DNA from: Nitriliruptoraceae bacterium
Lineage (GTDB): Bacteria > Actinomycetota > Nitriliruptoria > Nitriliruptorales > Nitriliruptoraceae
Reading direction: 5' to 3'
Length of the DNA stretch: 64,000 nt
Assembly (NCBI GenBank): GCA_046540855.1
Contig: JBKHEJ010000001.1
Location: forward strand, 6,099-70,098
Below, one piece after another: positions 1 through 8,999 of this stretch. The notes beneath the pieces are model-generated. The model worked only from the letters and a program-made list of their open reading frames with translations, did not search any database and was not told where the DNA came from. The translations under genes were made by a program, and so were the position numbers. The stretch's first letter is position 1. The number at the start of each line of letters is the position of its first letter.

Positions 1-624
1 GAGCGGGTCGCCCTTGCGCTGGGGCACCTCGATGGGGTGGATCTCGGTGGCGAAGAAGCCGGCGTCGTGGGCGGCGCTCCAGTTGGCGTGGGAGCGCACG
101 GCCCAGGCGTCCTGCTCCTCACGGGTGATGCCGTACTCGACCGCCTCCTCGCCGGCCTGGACCGCGCGGGGCTTGCCCGTCATCGGGCAGGCGATGACGA
201 GCTGGTCCTTCAGCGTGACGTCCCCGAGCCGGGCGCCCCAGCGCTGCTCGGTCAGGAAGTAGGGCACCTTGCTCATGTTCTCCGTGCCGCCGGCGAGGGC
301 GAGGCGCACGTCCCCGACCCGGATCGAGCGGGCCGCGAGGTTGATGGCGGCCATGGACGAGCAGCACGCCCGGTCGACCGTGTAGGCGACCCGGTGTGGT
401 GGGATCCCGGCCTCGATGAGCACCTGCCGGGCGATGGAACGATCCGCACCCGGCAGGTTCACGCCGGTGGCGACCTCCTCGACGTCCTCGGCCGGGACAC
501 CGGCCCGGTCGATGGCCTCGGCGTACACCACGGCGCCGAGCTCCGGGAGCGTGAGGTCCCTCAGGGCGCCGCCGAAGCGACCGAAGGGGCTGCGGGCGGA
601 GCTGACGAGAACGACGTCGTGCAT
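1..624 (-). CDS. thiolase (acetyl-CoA acyltransferase family), first 208 codons; gene continues beyond window start
   Basis: Own reverse translation from ATG 624-622: MHDVVLVSSARSPFGRFGGALRDLTLPELGAVVYAEAIDRAGV...YTVDRACCSSMAAINLAARS. Absent from ORF track because no stop codon lies inside the window. Confidence 0.85.
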   Translation of the reverse strand, partial: MHDVVLVSSARSPFGRFGGALRDLTLPELGAVVYAEAIDRAGVPAEDVEEVATGVNLPGADRSIARQVLIEAGIPPHRVAYTVDRACCSSMAAINLAARSIRVGDVRLALAGGTENMSKVPYFLTEQRWGARLGDVTLKDQLVIACPMTGKPRAVQAGEEAVEYGITREEQDAWAVRSHANWSAAHDAGFFATEIHPIEVPQRKGDPL

Positions 625-706
625 GGTGCGCCTTCCGGCTCGGGGTGGGACGGGTGGGTGGTGGGCGGCGGCGACGGGGCGAAGCGGCGGCATCGCGCCG
701 GCCGGG

Positions 707-1933
707 TCAGATCACCCCGTCGGCACGCAGGGTCGCGACCTCCTCAGCGGAGCGGCCGAGCTGCTCGGTCAGGATCCGCTCCGCGTGCTCACCGAGCCGG
801 GGCGCGGGCCGGGTGATGGGGGTGGTGCTCGCCGACAGCTTCGCCGCGGGGCCCACCAGCCGGACCTGGCCGAGGACGGGGTCGGGCACGTCGATGAGCA
901 GCTGGCGGGCGGCGAGGTGCTCGCAGGCGACGATGTCCTCCGCCGTCTGGACCGCACCGACGGGGAGCCCCGCCGCGAGCAGCTGCTCGGTCGCCTCCTG
1001 GCGGGTGCGGTCGGCGAACCAGGCCTCGATCGTGCGCCCGAGCTCGCCGCTCATGTTGCGCGCCCGCTCCGGCCCTGAGGTGGTCACGCCCTCGACACCG
1101 ACGAGGTCCGGCCGGCCGATCGCGTCGCAGAACCGACCCCAGTCGCGCTCGGTCGCCACGATCAGCGCGACCCAGCCGTCCGAGCAGGCGAAGGGGCCCC
1201 ACGGGGCCATGTACAGCTCACGGCCCCGCTGGAGGACGTCGCCGGCGAGGGAGTAGGCGCTGACCGAGCGCTCGGCTAGCGCCACCATGGAGTCGTACAT
1301 GGAGACGTCGATGTACTGGCCCTGGCCGGTACGGGTGCGCTGGAGCAGCGCGAGCACGATCGCGTGCGCGGCGTTCATGCCGGAGACGATGTCGCCGAGC
1401 GCGACCCCGAGCCAGGTCGGCGGGCCGTCGGCCTGGCCGGCGGTGTGCATGAGCCCCCCCATCGCCTGCGCGACGATGTCGTAGGCGGGGCGGCCGCTGT
1501 AGGGGCCGGTGAAGCCCTCCATCGTGCCGAACCCGGAGATCGTGGCGTACACGAGCCCGGGGTTCTCGGCGCGCAGGTCCTCGTAGCCGAGCCCGAGGCT
1601 GTCGAGCAGGCCAGGCCGGAAGTTCTCGATCACCACGTCCGCGTCGCGGGCGAGCTCGCGGAAGATCCCCTGGCCGCGCTCGTCCTTCAGATCGAGGGTG
1701 AGGCTGCGCTTGTTCCGGTTGAAGCGCAGGAAGTAGCCGCTCTGCCGCTCCCCGGCATCGTTGGTCACGATCGGGGCGCCGCCGCGCGCGGTGTCACCGC
1801 TGCCGGGGCGCTCGACCTTGATGACGTCCGCGCCCTGGTCGGCGAGCATCATGGAGCAGTAGGGTCCCGCCACCTGGATCTCGAAGCTGAGGACCTTGAT
1901 GCCGTCGAGCGGCTTGGGTGCCGGGTCCGCCAT
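707..1933 (-). CDS. CaiB/BaiF family (class III) CoA-transferase
   Basis: 408-aa C-terminal part of tracked ORF 707..4309, starting at ATG 1933-1931 (MADPAPKPLDGIKVLSFEIQVAGPYCSMMLADQGADVIKVERP...). The rest of that ORF is antisense to real plus-strand genes. Confidence 0.9.
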   Translation of the reverse strand: MADPAPKPLDGIKVLSFEIQVAGPYCSMMLADQGADVIKVERPGSGDTARGGAPIVTNDAGERQSGYFLRFNRNKRSLTLDLKDERGQGIFRELARDADVVIENFRPGLLDSLGLGYEDLRAENPGLVYATISGFGTMEGFTGPYSGRPAYDIVAQAMGGLMHTAGQADGPPTWLGVALGDIVSGMNAAHAIVLALLQRTRTGQGQYIDVSMYDSMVALAERSVSAYSLAGDVLQRGRELYMAPWGPFACSDGWVALIVATERDWGRFCDAIGRPDLVGVEGVTTSGPERARNMSGELGRTIEAWFADRTRQEATEQLLAAGLPVGAVQTAEDIVACEHLAARQLLIDVPDPVLGQVRLVGPAAKLSASTTPITRPAPRLGEHAERILTEQLGRSAEEVATLRADGVI

Positions 1934-2002
1934 GGCAGGCTCCTGGGGTTCGTGGCGAGGTGATCCGCTCGGCGGCGGCCGGTGCCGACGCGCGGGTGCA
2001 AG

Positions 2003-2016
2003 CGAGCGTTTGTTCG
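2003..2016. promoter_or_regulatory. operator-like palindrome site 1 (CGAGCGTTTGTTCG)
   Basis: 2 mismatches to CGAACG-NN-CGTTCG. Lies in the divergent intergenic region 1934-2182; TAGGTG -10-like hexamer at 2024-2029. Confidence 0.45.
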
Positions 2017-2182
2017 TGTACGGTAGGTGGCCGGCGGGGCTCGGGCAAGTCCCGGGGACCGCCGCCGTCGTGCCCGTGCACGGTCGGTCGCGCGAGGGCG
2101 CGGCCGACCGGCACCGGGGGCTCGGCGGCATCACGGACGACGGAGACCGACGCCGCGCGCGTCGGGGTTCGATGGGAGAGGC

Positions 2183-3538
2183 ATGAAGACCGTACGGCTC
2201 GGCAGCGGCTCCGCCTACTGGGGCGACCTGATGGAACCGGCGGTCGAGCTCGCCGAGCGGGGCGGGCTCGACTACCTCAGCTTCGACCACCTCGCTGAGC
2301 TGACCCTGGCGATCCTCCAGCGGCAGCGCTCCAAGGACCCCTCGCGCGGCTACATCGCCGACATCGTCCCCTGGATGGAGGCGATCCTGCCGATCGCCCG
2401 TCGCAACGGCACGAAGCTCATCACCAACGCCGGGGGTGCGAACCCGCCCGCAGCTGGTGAGCGGGTGGTCGAGATCGCCCGCGCGCACGGGCTGGTCGGC
2501 ACGAAGGTCGCGGTGGTCACCGGCGATGACGTGCACCAGGCCATGCTCGACCTGCACGCCGAGGGCCACGCCTTCCCCAACCTCGACACCGGCGAGGTGG
2601 ACCTCTCCCGCGTGCTGGACCGGATCATCGCGGCCAACGCCTACATCGGTGCCGAGGGCATCATCACGGGCCTCGAGCAGGGCGCGGACGTCGTGGTCAC
2701 GGGCCGGGCGTCGGACAACGCGTTGTACGCGGGCCCCCTGATGCACGAGTTCGGCTGGACCTACGACGACGTCGAGAAGGTCGGTGCGGCGGTCACGATC
2801 GGGCACCTGCTGGAGTGCGCGGCACTCGCCAGCGGGTCCCTGTCCAACCTCTGGCAGGAAGCCCGCCCCCTGTCGCGCATCGGCTTCCCCTTCGCTGACG
2901 TCGACGAGGAGGCGACCGCGCTGTTCAGCAAGCTGGAGGGCACCGGCGGGCTCGTCACCGAGCTGACCCTCAAGGAGCAACTGGTCTACGAGATCGCCGA
3001 CCCGACGAGCTACCTCATGCCCGATGGCATCGCGGACTTCACCGCGCCGACCTTCGCCCAGGTCGGCCCGGACCGGGTCGAGGCCACCGGGATGACCGGC
3101 AGGGCCCGTCCGGACCAGCTCAAGGTCTGCGTCGGGTTCGAGGACGGCTGGATCGGCGAGGGGGTCGCGATGTTCTCCTGGCCCGACGCCTACGCCAAGG
3201 CGCGTAACGGCGAGGAGATCGTGCGCGACCGACTGGGGATGCTCGGGGTCTCCCCGCGCGAGATCGTGTTCGAGTACCTCGGCGTCAACACCCTGCACGG
3301 GCCGACCGCGCCCGAGCCCTCCGGTGACCTCAACGAGGTCGGTCTGCGCGTAGCGGCCCACTGCGACACCCGCGCCGAGGCCGAGGTGGTCCGCCGCGAG
3401 ATCCTGCACCTGTGGACCCTCGGCGGGGTCGGCTCGGCGATCATGCCGCCCGGGCGGCCCCGGCCGGTCACCAGCCTGTGGCCGACGCTCATCCCGCGCG
3501 ACGCGGTCCAGGTCGACGTCCAGCTGCTGGAGGCCTGA
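2183..3538 (+). CDS. AtuA-like acyclic terpene utilization family protein (DUF1446)
   Basis: ATG 2183 preceded by GGGAGAGG. MKTVRLGSGSAYWGDLMEPAVELAERGGLDYLSFDHLAELTLAIL... resembles DUF1446/AtuA as I remember it. 451 aa. Confidence 0.75.
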   Translation: MKTVRLGSGSAYWGDLMEPAVELAERGGLDYLSFDHLAELTLAILQRQRSKDPSRGYIADIVPWMEAILPIARRNGTKLITNAGGANPPAAGERVVEIARAHGLVGTKVAVVTGDDVHQAMLDLHAEGHAFPNLDTGEVDLSRVLDRIIAANAYIGAEGIITGLEQGADVVVTGRASDNALYAGPLMHEFGWTYDDVEKVGAAVTIGHLLECAALASGSLSNLWQEARPLSRIGFPFADVDEEATALFSKLEGTGGLVTELTLKEQLVYEIADPTSYLMPDGIADFTAPTFAQVGPDRVEATGMTGRARPDQLKVCVGFEDGWIGEGVAMFSWPDAYAKARNGEEIVRDRLGMLGVSPREIVFEYLGVNTLHGPTAPEPSGDLNEVGLRVAAHCDTRAEAEVVRREILHLWTLGGVGSAIMPPGRPRPVTSLWPTLIPRDAVQVDVQLLEA

Positions 3539-3541
3539 GCG

Positions 3542-4354
3542 GTGCTGCGCGAGGAACGCTCGAAGGACCGGGTCCTCACGCTCACGCTCGCGGCGCCCGA
3601 GCGGCGCAACGCGCTCGACTACGCCGCGGTGCGCGAGCTGTGCGATGCCCTGCGTGCCGCTGATGCCGACCCGGACGTCCGCGCCGTCCTGCTGCAGGCC
3701 GACGGCAAGGTGTTCTCCGCCGGGGCCAACCTGAGGGAGTTCCAGGCCGAGCTCGCCTCCTCCGCCACCGACTTCTACGAGTCGGGTGCGGTGTGGGAGG
3801 AGCTGTTCACGCTCGTGCCGACCCTCGGCACCCCGCTGGTGATCGCGGTGCACGGCCCGGCGCGGGCCGGTGCCGTCGGCCTCGTGGCGCTCGGCGACCT
3901 CGTGCTGGCCTCGCCCTCGGCGGACTTCAGCCTCAGCGAGATCAAGATCGGGCTGTTCCCGATCATGGTGCTGCCGATGGTGCAGCGGGTGGTCGGGTAC
4001 CGGGCCGCCCAGGACCTCGCGCTCACCGGCCGGGTGATCGGCGCCGAGGAGGCTCACGCCATCGGCCTGGTCAGCCGCGTGGTCGGTGACGACGAGCTGC
4101 GCGCTCGGGCCCACGAGGTGGCGGCCGAGCTGGCTGCCAGCGCGCCCCGTGCCCTGGCCTACGGACGGCAGCTGCTCGCGCGCCTCGCCGACCTGCCCTA
4201 CGCCGAAGCGGTCCACCACGCCCGCACGATGCGCGGCACCTTCCTGCACACCCCGGACATCCACGAAGGCGTCGCCGCCTTCCTCGACAAGCGTGCACCT
4301 CAGTGGCACACGCCCGATCCCGCCCGTCCGGCAACCGAGGAGGACCTCTCGTGA
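3542..4354 (+). CDS. enoyl-CoA hydratase/isomerase (crotonase) family protein
   Basis: GTG 3542, 3 nt after the upstream stop. LTLAAPERRNALD...VFSAGANLREF... is a crotonase-fold signature. 270 aa. Confidence 0.88.
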   Translation: MLREERSKDRVLTLTLAAPERRNALDYAAVRELCDALRAADADPDVRAVLLQADGKVFSAGANLREFQAELASSATDFYESGAVWEELFTLVPTLGTPLVIAVHGPARAGAVGLVALGDLVLASPSADFSLSEIKIGLFPIMVLPMVQRVVGYRAAQDLALTGRVIGAEEAHAIGLVSRVVGDDELRARAHEVAAELAASAPRALAYGRQLLARLADLPYAEAVHHARTMRGTFLHTPDIHEGVAAFLDKRAPQWHTPDPARPATEEDLS

Positions 4355-4659
4355 AGCTCGTCGACATCGCGTACGCCCGGTCGGGCGACAAGGGTGACGT
4401 CTCCAACATCGGCGTCATCGCCAAGGATCCCGCGGACTACGAGCGCATCGGGCGGGCGCTGACGCCGGAGCGGATCCGCGCGCACTTCGGCGAGTGGGTG
4501 CAGGGCGAGGTGACCGTCTACCCGATGCCCAACATCCACAGCTACAACGTCGTCTGCGAGCGCTCCTTGGGCGGTGGCGCCACCAGCACGGTCCGCTTCG
4601 ACCAGACCGGCAAGGCCATGAGCACCGCGCTGCTACGGCTCGAGCTCGAGGAGGACTGA
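4351..4659 (+). CDS. DUF4387-like small protein (usual partner or C-terminal extension of DUF1446 proteins)
   Basis: GTG 4351 overlaps the upstream stop (GTGA); RBS GAGGAGGA. VKLVDIAYARSGDKGDVSNIGVIAKDP... Family assignment is from memory. Confidence 0.65.
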   Translation: MKLVDIAYARSGDKGDVSNIGVIAKDPADYERIGRALTPERIRAHFGEWVQGEVTVYPMPNIHSYNVVCERSLGGGATSTVRFDQTGKAMSTALLRLELEED

Positions 4660-4704
4660 GCCGCCACGCACCCGCTCCGACCCGCCCCCGCTGTGGAGGA
4701 CGAC

Positions 4705-5778
4705 GTGCCCGACCTGTTCGACCCGCTCACCCTGCGCTCGGTGACCCTGCGCAACCGCCTCGGGGTCGCCCCGATGTGTCAGTACTCGGCCGTGGACGGG
4801 GTCCCGAACGAGTGGCACCTCGTCCACCTCGCCTCGCGCGCGGTCGGTGGCAACGGGCTCGTCATCGCCGAGGCCACCGGGGTGGTGCCGGAGGGGCGGA
4901 TCTCGCCGGGCTGCCTCGGCCTGTGGAACGACACCCAGACGGAGGCGTTCGCGCGCATCACCGCGCTCGTGCGGGCTGGCGGCGCGGTGCCAGCGATCCA
5001 GCTCGGGCACGCCGGCCGCAAGGCCTCCACCGCCGTACCCGCCGACGGGGAGGGCCCGATCGGACCGGACGAGGGCGGCTGGCCGACCGTCGCCCCGAGC
5101 CCGCTGCCCTTCGCGGAGGGCTTCCCCGTCCCGCACGAGCTGACCGTGGCCGAGATCGCCGCGCTGGTCGGCGCGTTCCGGGCCGCCGCCGAGCGGGCGC
5201 TCGCGGCCGGGTTCGAGCTGCTCGAGCTGCACGGCGCCCACGGCTACCTGATGCACAGCTTCCACTCCCCGGTGTCCAACCGGCGCGAGGACGCCTACGG
5301 CGGCGACCTGCTCGGACGGACCCGCTTCACCCGTGAGATCGTCGACGCGGTCCGTGAGGTCTGGCCGGAGAAGCTCCCGCTCGCGGTGCGGCTGTCCACG
5401 ACCGACTGGATCGAGGGCGGCTGGACCGTGGAGGACTCGGTCGAGCTGTCGAGGTGGCTGCGCGACGCCGGGGTCGACCTGATCGACTGCAGCTCCGGCG
5501 GGGCGGCACCGGGCGTGGCGATCCCGACCGGGCCCGGGTACCAGGTCCCCTTCGCCGAGCAGATCCGCCGCGAGGCGGGGATCGCCACCGCGGCGGTGGG
5601 AATGATCACCGAGCCCGTGCAGGCGCAGGCCATCATCGCCGAAGGCTCGGCCGACGTGGTCCTGCTCGCCCGCGAGTCGCTGCGTGACCCCTACTTCCCG
5701 CGCCGCGCCGCAGCCGAGCTCGGCATGCTCGAGCGGCTCGAGGCACCGACCCCGTACCGCCGCGCATGGGCCTCCTGA
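4705..5778 (+). CDS. NADH:flavin oxidoreductase, Old Yellow Enzyme family (YqjM-like)
   Basis: LRNRLGVAPMCQYSA...WHLVHLASRAVGG...LELHGAHGYLMHSF. GTG 4705 follows GGAGGA; alternative GTG at 4693. Confidence 0.88.
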   Translation: MPDLFDPLTLRSVTLRNRLGVAPMCQYSAVDGVPNEWHLVHLASRAVGGNGLVIAEATGVVPEGRISPGCLGLWNDTQTEAFARITALVRAGGAVPAIQLGHAGRKASTAVPADGEGPIGPDEGGWPTVAPSPLPFAEGFPVPHELTVAEIAALVGAFRAAAERALAAGFELLELHGAHGYLMHSFHSPVSNRREDAYGGDLLGRTRFTREIVDAVREVWPEKLPLAVRLSTTDWIEGGWTVEDSVELSRWLRDAGVDLIDCSSGGAAPGVAIPTGPGYQVPFAEQIRREAGIATAAVGMITEPVQAQAIIAEGSADVVLLARESLRDPYFPRRAAAELGMLERLEAPTPYRRAWAS

Positions 5779-5964
5779 GGTGCAGTGCCCGGACCCGTCG
5801 GACGGCCAAGGCCGGCCGCATGCTTGCCGCGCTAGGCTCACCTCGCCCGCGTCCGTCCGCGGGTTGCGCTGGCGGTTGGCCGATCGGCCTCGCGCTCCGG
5901 GGGTCGGTGACCGAGCGTCATCCCGTCCCGGGCGCGTACCGGGCCTATCGACGAAGGCAGGACC

Positions 5965-6564
5965 GTGGCACAGATAACCGCTGAGGCGCCGACCCGGGCG
6001 CGGATCGTCGATGCGGCGGTCGACCTGTTCCACCGGCAGGGCTACAACGCCACCTCGCTGCGCCAGATCGCCGATGAGGTCGGGCTGCAGGTGGGCAGCC
6101 TCTACAACCACATGGCCTCCAAGGAGCAGCTGCTCTACGACATCATGCGCGAGGTGATGGAGGAGCTCATCGAACACACCGAGGAGGAGATGGCTGCGGC
6201 CGGTCCGGACCCCATCGAACGGGTGCGGGCGTTCCTGCGGGCGTCGATCCACTTCCACGCGACCCGCCAGAAACAGACCTTCATCGGCAACACGGAGCTG
6301 CGGGGGCTCTCCTCCGAGCACCGCAGCGAGGTGGTGGCCCTGCGCGACCGCTACGAGTCGATCCTCCGGGAGGCGCTCCAGACCGCCCAGGACGAGGGTT
6401 CGCTCGACCTCGAGGACGTCCAGCTCGCGACCTTCGCGGCGTTGGCGCTGTGCACCTCGGTCGCGACCTGGTACCGGCCCGACGGCCGGCTCTCCCTCGA
6501 GGACCTCGACCGGCTCCTGCCAGGCTTCTTCGGCCCGCTGTGCCGGGCGACCGACCGTAGCTGA
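5965..6564 (+). CDS. TetR/AcrR family transcriptional regulator
   Basis: N-terminal HTH RIVDAAVDLFHRQGYNATSLRQIADEVGLQVGSLYNHMASKEQLL. 199 aa. Only regulator gene in the window. Confidence 0.9.
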   Translation: MAQITAEAPTRARIVDAAVDLFHRQGYNATSLRQIADEVGLQVGSLYNHMASKEQLLYDIMREVMEELIEHTEEEMAAAGPDPIERVRAFLRASIHFHATRQKQTFIGNTELRGLSSEHRSEVVALRDRYESILREALQTAQDEGSLDLEDVQLATFAALALCTSVATWYRPDGRLSLEDLDRLLPGFFGPLCRATDRS

Positions 6565-6614
6565 GGGCCAGGCCGCACCGCCGCGCTGGGCTCGCTGCGA
6601 CGCGCGTCGAGGTG

Positions 6615-6651
6615 GCGTTCGCCGCGCGAGCGAACGCACGTTAGTGTTCGC
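6615..6651. promoter_or_regulatory. operator-like palindrome site 2, multi-arm (GCGTTCGC-N7-GCGAACGC, core CGAACGCACGTTAG at 6631-6644, GTTCGC at 6646-6651)
   Basis: Between the TetR stop and the MaoC start. The right arm forms a TAGTGT -10-like box. Confidence 0.55.
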
Positions 6652-6689
6652 GCGACGTGCGAGGTTCTTCGAGGACGGGAGGCACGCAG

Positions 6690-7211
6690 GTGGCAGACGG
6701 CGCCGAGGTCGCACCATCGCTCGAGTTCCGGCCCTACGACCGGGCCTGGGAGGACTTCCCCCTCGGCACCTTCGTGCGCACCCGGGGGATGACGGTCACC
6801 GAGACCCACATCGTCAACTGGGCGAACCTCGCGGGCGACTGGCTCCCACTGCACGTCGACCACCACGTCTCCGCCCGGACGCCCTTCGGGTCGGTCATCG
6901 CCCACGGGCCGCTCACCATCGCGCTGGCGCTGGGTCTGGTGATCCAGAGCGGCTTCTTCGGTGACTCGGTCATCGCCTGGCTGGGCCTGGACGAGGTCCG
7001 GCTGCCCCGGCCCGTCCTGCCGGGTGACACGATCTACGTCCACGCCGAGGTGGTCGAGCACGTCGTGACCTCCAAGCCGCACCGGGGGCGCATCAGCCTC
7101 AGCTACGACGTGCGCAACCAGCGCGACGAGGTCGTGCTCACCTTCCGCTCCGGCTTCCTCATGTACCGGCGGGACGTCACGGACGCCAAGCCGGCCGGCG
7201 AGACGGGGTGA
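6690..7211 (+). CDS. MaoC family (R-specific enoyl-CoA) dehydratase
   Basis: Hot-dog fold pattern ...THIVNWANLAGDWLPLHVDHHVSARTPFGSVIAHGPLT... GTG 6690 after GGGAGG; the tracked ORF starts at 6657. Confidence 0.85.
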   Translation: MADGAEVAPSLEFRPYDRAWEDFPLGTFVRTRGMTVTETHIVNWANLAGDWLPLHVDHHVSARTPFGSVIAHGPLTIALALGLVIQSGFFGDSVIAWLGLDEVRLPRPVLPGDTIYVHAEVVEHVVTSKPHRGRISLSYDVRNQRDEVVLTFRSGFLMYRRDVTDAKPAGETG

Positions 7212-7269
7212 GCTTCGAGTGCACCGGTTCGCTCTTGGTCGCCGCGCCGGACCGGTGCTAGCGTTGACC

Positions 7270-7283
7270 CGTACGAACGTTAG
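7270..7283. promoter_or_regulatory. operator-like palindrome site 3 (CGTACGAACGTTAG)
   Basis: 2 mismatches to the consensus. Sits just after TTGACC (7264-7269), upstream of the carboxyltransferase gene. Confidence 0.4.
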
Positions 7284-7396
7284 TTTTTGCTCGGGCCGGT
7301 CGGCTGGCCGAGCCCGGCTCGCACCGCGTGTGCGGACCACGACGAATCGGGTGGTACGGGACGCCGGTGCGCTGGCCGGCGGGTGAGGAGACCAGG

Positions 7397-8944
7397 GTGA
7401 GCGAGGACCACGACGCTGGCGCCTTGCACGAGCGTGCCCGTCAGGCCAACGCGTCGGCGCGGCTCGGCGGCTCCGAGAAGCACCGCAACAAGCAGCTCGC
7501 CGCTGGCAAGATGCTCGTCCGCCAGCGGCTCGAGAAGCTGTTCGACGGCGACTGGGAGGTCGAGGACGGCCTGCTCACCCGCAGCGAGGAGGGGCTGCCG
7601 GGCGACGCCGTGGTGACCGCCTTCGGTCAGGTCCACGGCCGAACCGTCGGGGTCATCGCCAACGACTACACCGTCAAGGCGGGGACCTGGGGCCACAAGA
7701 CCTTCAAGAAGATCACCCGCCTGCAGGAGCAGGCCGTGGAGCTGGGCGCGCCCATCGTCTACCTCGTCGACTCCGCGGGCGCCCGCATCACCGAGCAGTT
7801 CGAGTCCTACGTCGGCCGCAGCGCCTGGGGCAACATCTTCTACAACCAGATCCAGGTCTCCGGGCGCGTCCCGCAGCTGTGCGCGATGTTCGGCCCGTCG
7901 CCGGCAGGCTCGGCCTACATCCCGGCGCTGTGCGACCTGATCGTCATGGTCGAGGGCGAGGCCACCGCCTACCTCGGCTCGCCGCGGCTGGCGGAGATGG
8001 CGACCGGGGAGAAGGTCACCCTCGAGGAGATGGGTGGCGCACGGATGCACTGCACGAGGTCCGGGCTCGGTGACGTGCTCGTCGCCGACGAGGACGCGGC
8101 CATCGCCGCCCTGCGCGACTACCTCACCTTCGTGCCGGACCACTGGGAGGGCGAGCAACAGCTACGCCCCCCCGCCGCGCCCGCGAACCCGACCCCGATC
8201 GAGGAGATCGTCCCGGCCCGGGAGAACCTCGCCTTCGACATGCACGAACTGATCCACGCGCTCGTGGACGCCGACTCGTGGTTCCCGATGAAGGGGCTGT
8301 GGGCCAAGGAGCTGGTGACCGGTTTCGCGCGGCTCGGCGGCCGGCCGATCGGCATCGTCGCGAACAACTCCAAGTTCCGTGGAGGGGTGATCTTCCCCGA
8401 CTCCTCCGACAAGGCTGCCCGGTTCATCTGGCTGTGCAACGCCTACAACATCCCGCTGCTGTTCCTGCAGGACATCTCCGGGTTCATGATCGGCTCCGCG
8501 GTCGAGAAGCAGGGCATCATCCGGCACGGCGCGAAGATGCTCTACGCCGTGTGCGAGGCCCGGGTGCCGCGCATCGCGGTCATGGTGCGCAAGGCCTACG
8601 GCGGTGGCTACCTCGCGATGTCCGGCGCGCCGACCAACCCCGACGCGCAGCTCGCGCTGCCGACCGCCCGCCCGGCACTGATGGGTCCGGCCGCGGCGAT
8701 CAACGCGATCTACGCCCGCAGGCTCGACGAGATGGAGGACCTCGACGAACGGCGGGCCTTCGTCATGGACAAGCAGGCCGAGTACGAGGAGGACATCGAC
8801 ATCTTCCAGGTCGCCTCCGACAACTCGGTCGAGGCGGTGGTCCCCGGTGACGAGCTGCGCGAGGAGCTCATCCGCCGCTTCCACCTCTACAGCCGCCGTC
8901 CGGTCCGCCCGCACGACCGCCGCAACGGCGTCTACCCGGTGTGA
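7397..8944 (+). CDS. acyl-CoA carboxylase carboxyltransferase (beta) subunit (propionyl/methylcrotonyl/geranyl-CoA carboxylase type)
   Basis: GRTVGVIANDYTVKAGTWGHKT...IVYLVDSAGARI...GGRPIGIVANN...RKAYGGGYLAM. GTG 7397 after GAGGAG. Confidence 0.9.
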   Translation: MSEDHDAGALHERARQANASARLGGSEKHRNKQLAAGKMLVRQRLEKLFDGDWEVEDGLLTRSEEGLPGDAVVTAFGQVHGRTVGVIANDYTVKAGTWGHKTFKKITRLQEQAVELGAPIVYLVDSAGARITEQFESYVGRSAWGNIFYNQIQVSGRVPQLCAMFGPSPAGSAYIPALCDLIVMVEGEATAYLGSPRLAEMATGEKVTLEEMGGARMHCTRSGLGDVLVADEDAAIAALRDYLTFVPDHWEGEQQLRPPAAPANPTPIEEIVPARENLAFDMHELIHALVDADSWFPMKGLWAKELVTGFARLGGRPIGIVANNSKFRGGVIFPDSSDKAARFIWLCNAYNIPLLFLQDISGFMIGSAVEKQGIIRHGAKMLYAVCEARVPRIAVMVRKAYGGGYLAMSGAPTNPDAQLALPTARPALMGPAAAINAIYARRLDEMEDLDERRAFVMDKQAEYEEDIDIFQVASDNSVEAVVPGDELREELIRRFHLYSRRPVRPHDRRNGVYPV

Positions 8945-8999
8945 GGTTCCGTCACCGTCCCCTCTGAGGTCCCGCCACCTCCCGTCCGGAAGGCCTGCC

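Noticed and set aside
707-4309. 1200-aa ORF on the minus strand, the longest in this part of the track
   Set aside because: Only the last 408 codons (707-1933) form a CoA-transferase. The rest is Arg/Gly/Pro-rich antisense reading of the plus-strand AtuA-like, crotonase and DUF4387 genes, typical of open antisense frames in GC-rich DNA.
4633-6717. 694-aa minus-strand ORF
   Set aside because: It is antisense to the well-supported OYE and TetR genes. The translation is low-complexity Arg/Gly/Pro-rich with no recognisable domain.
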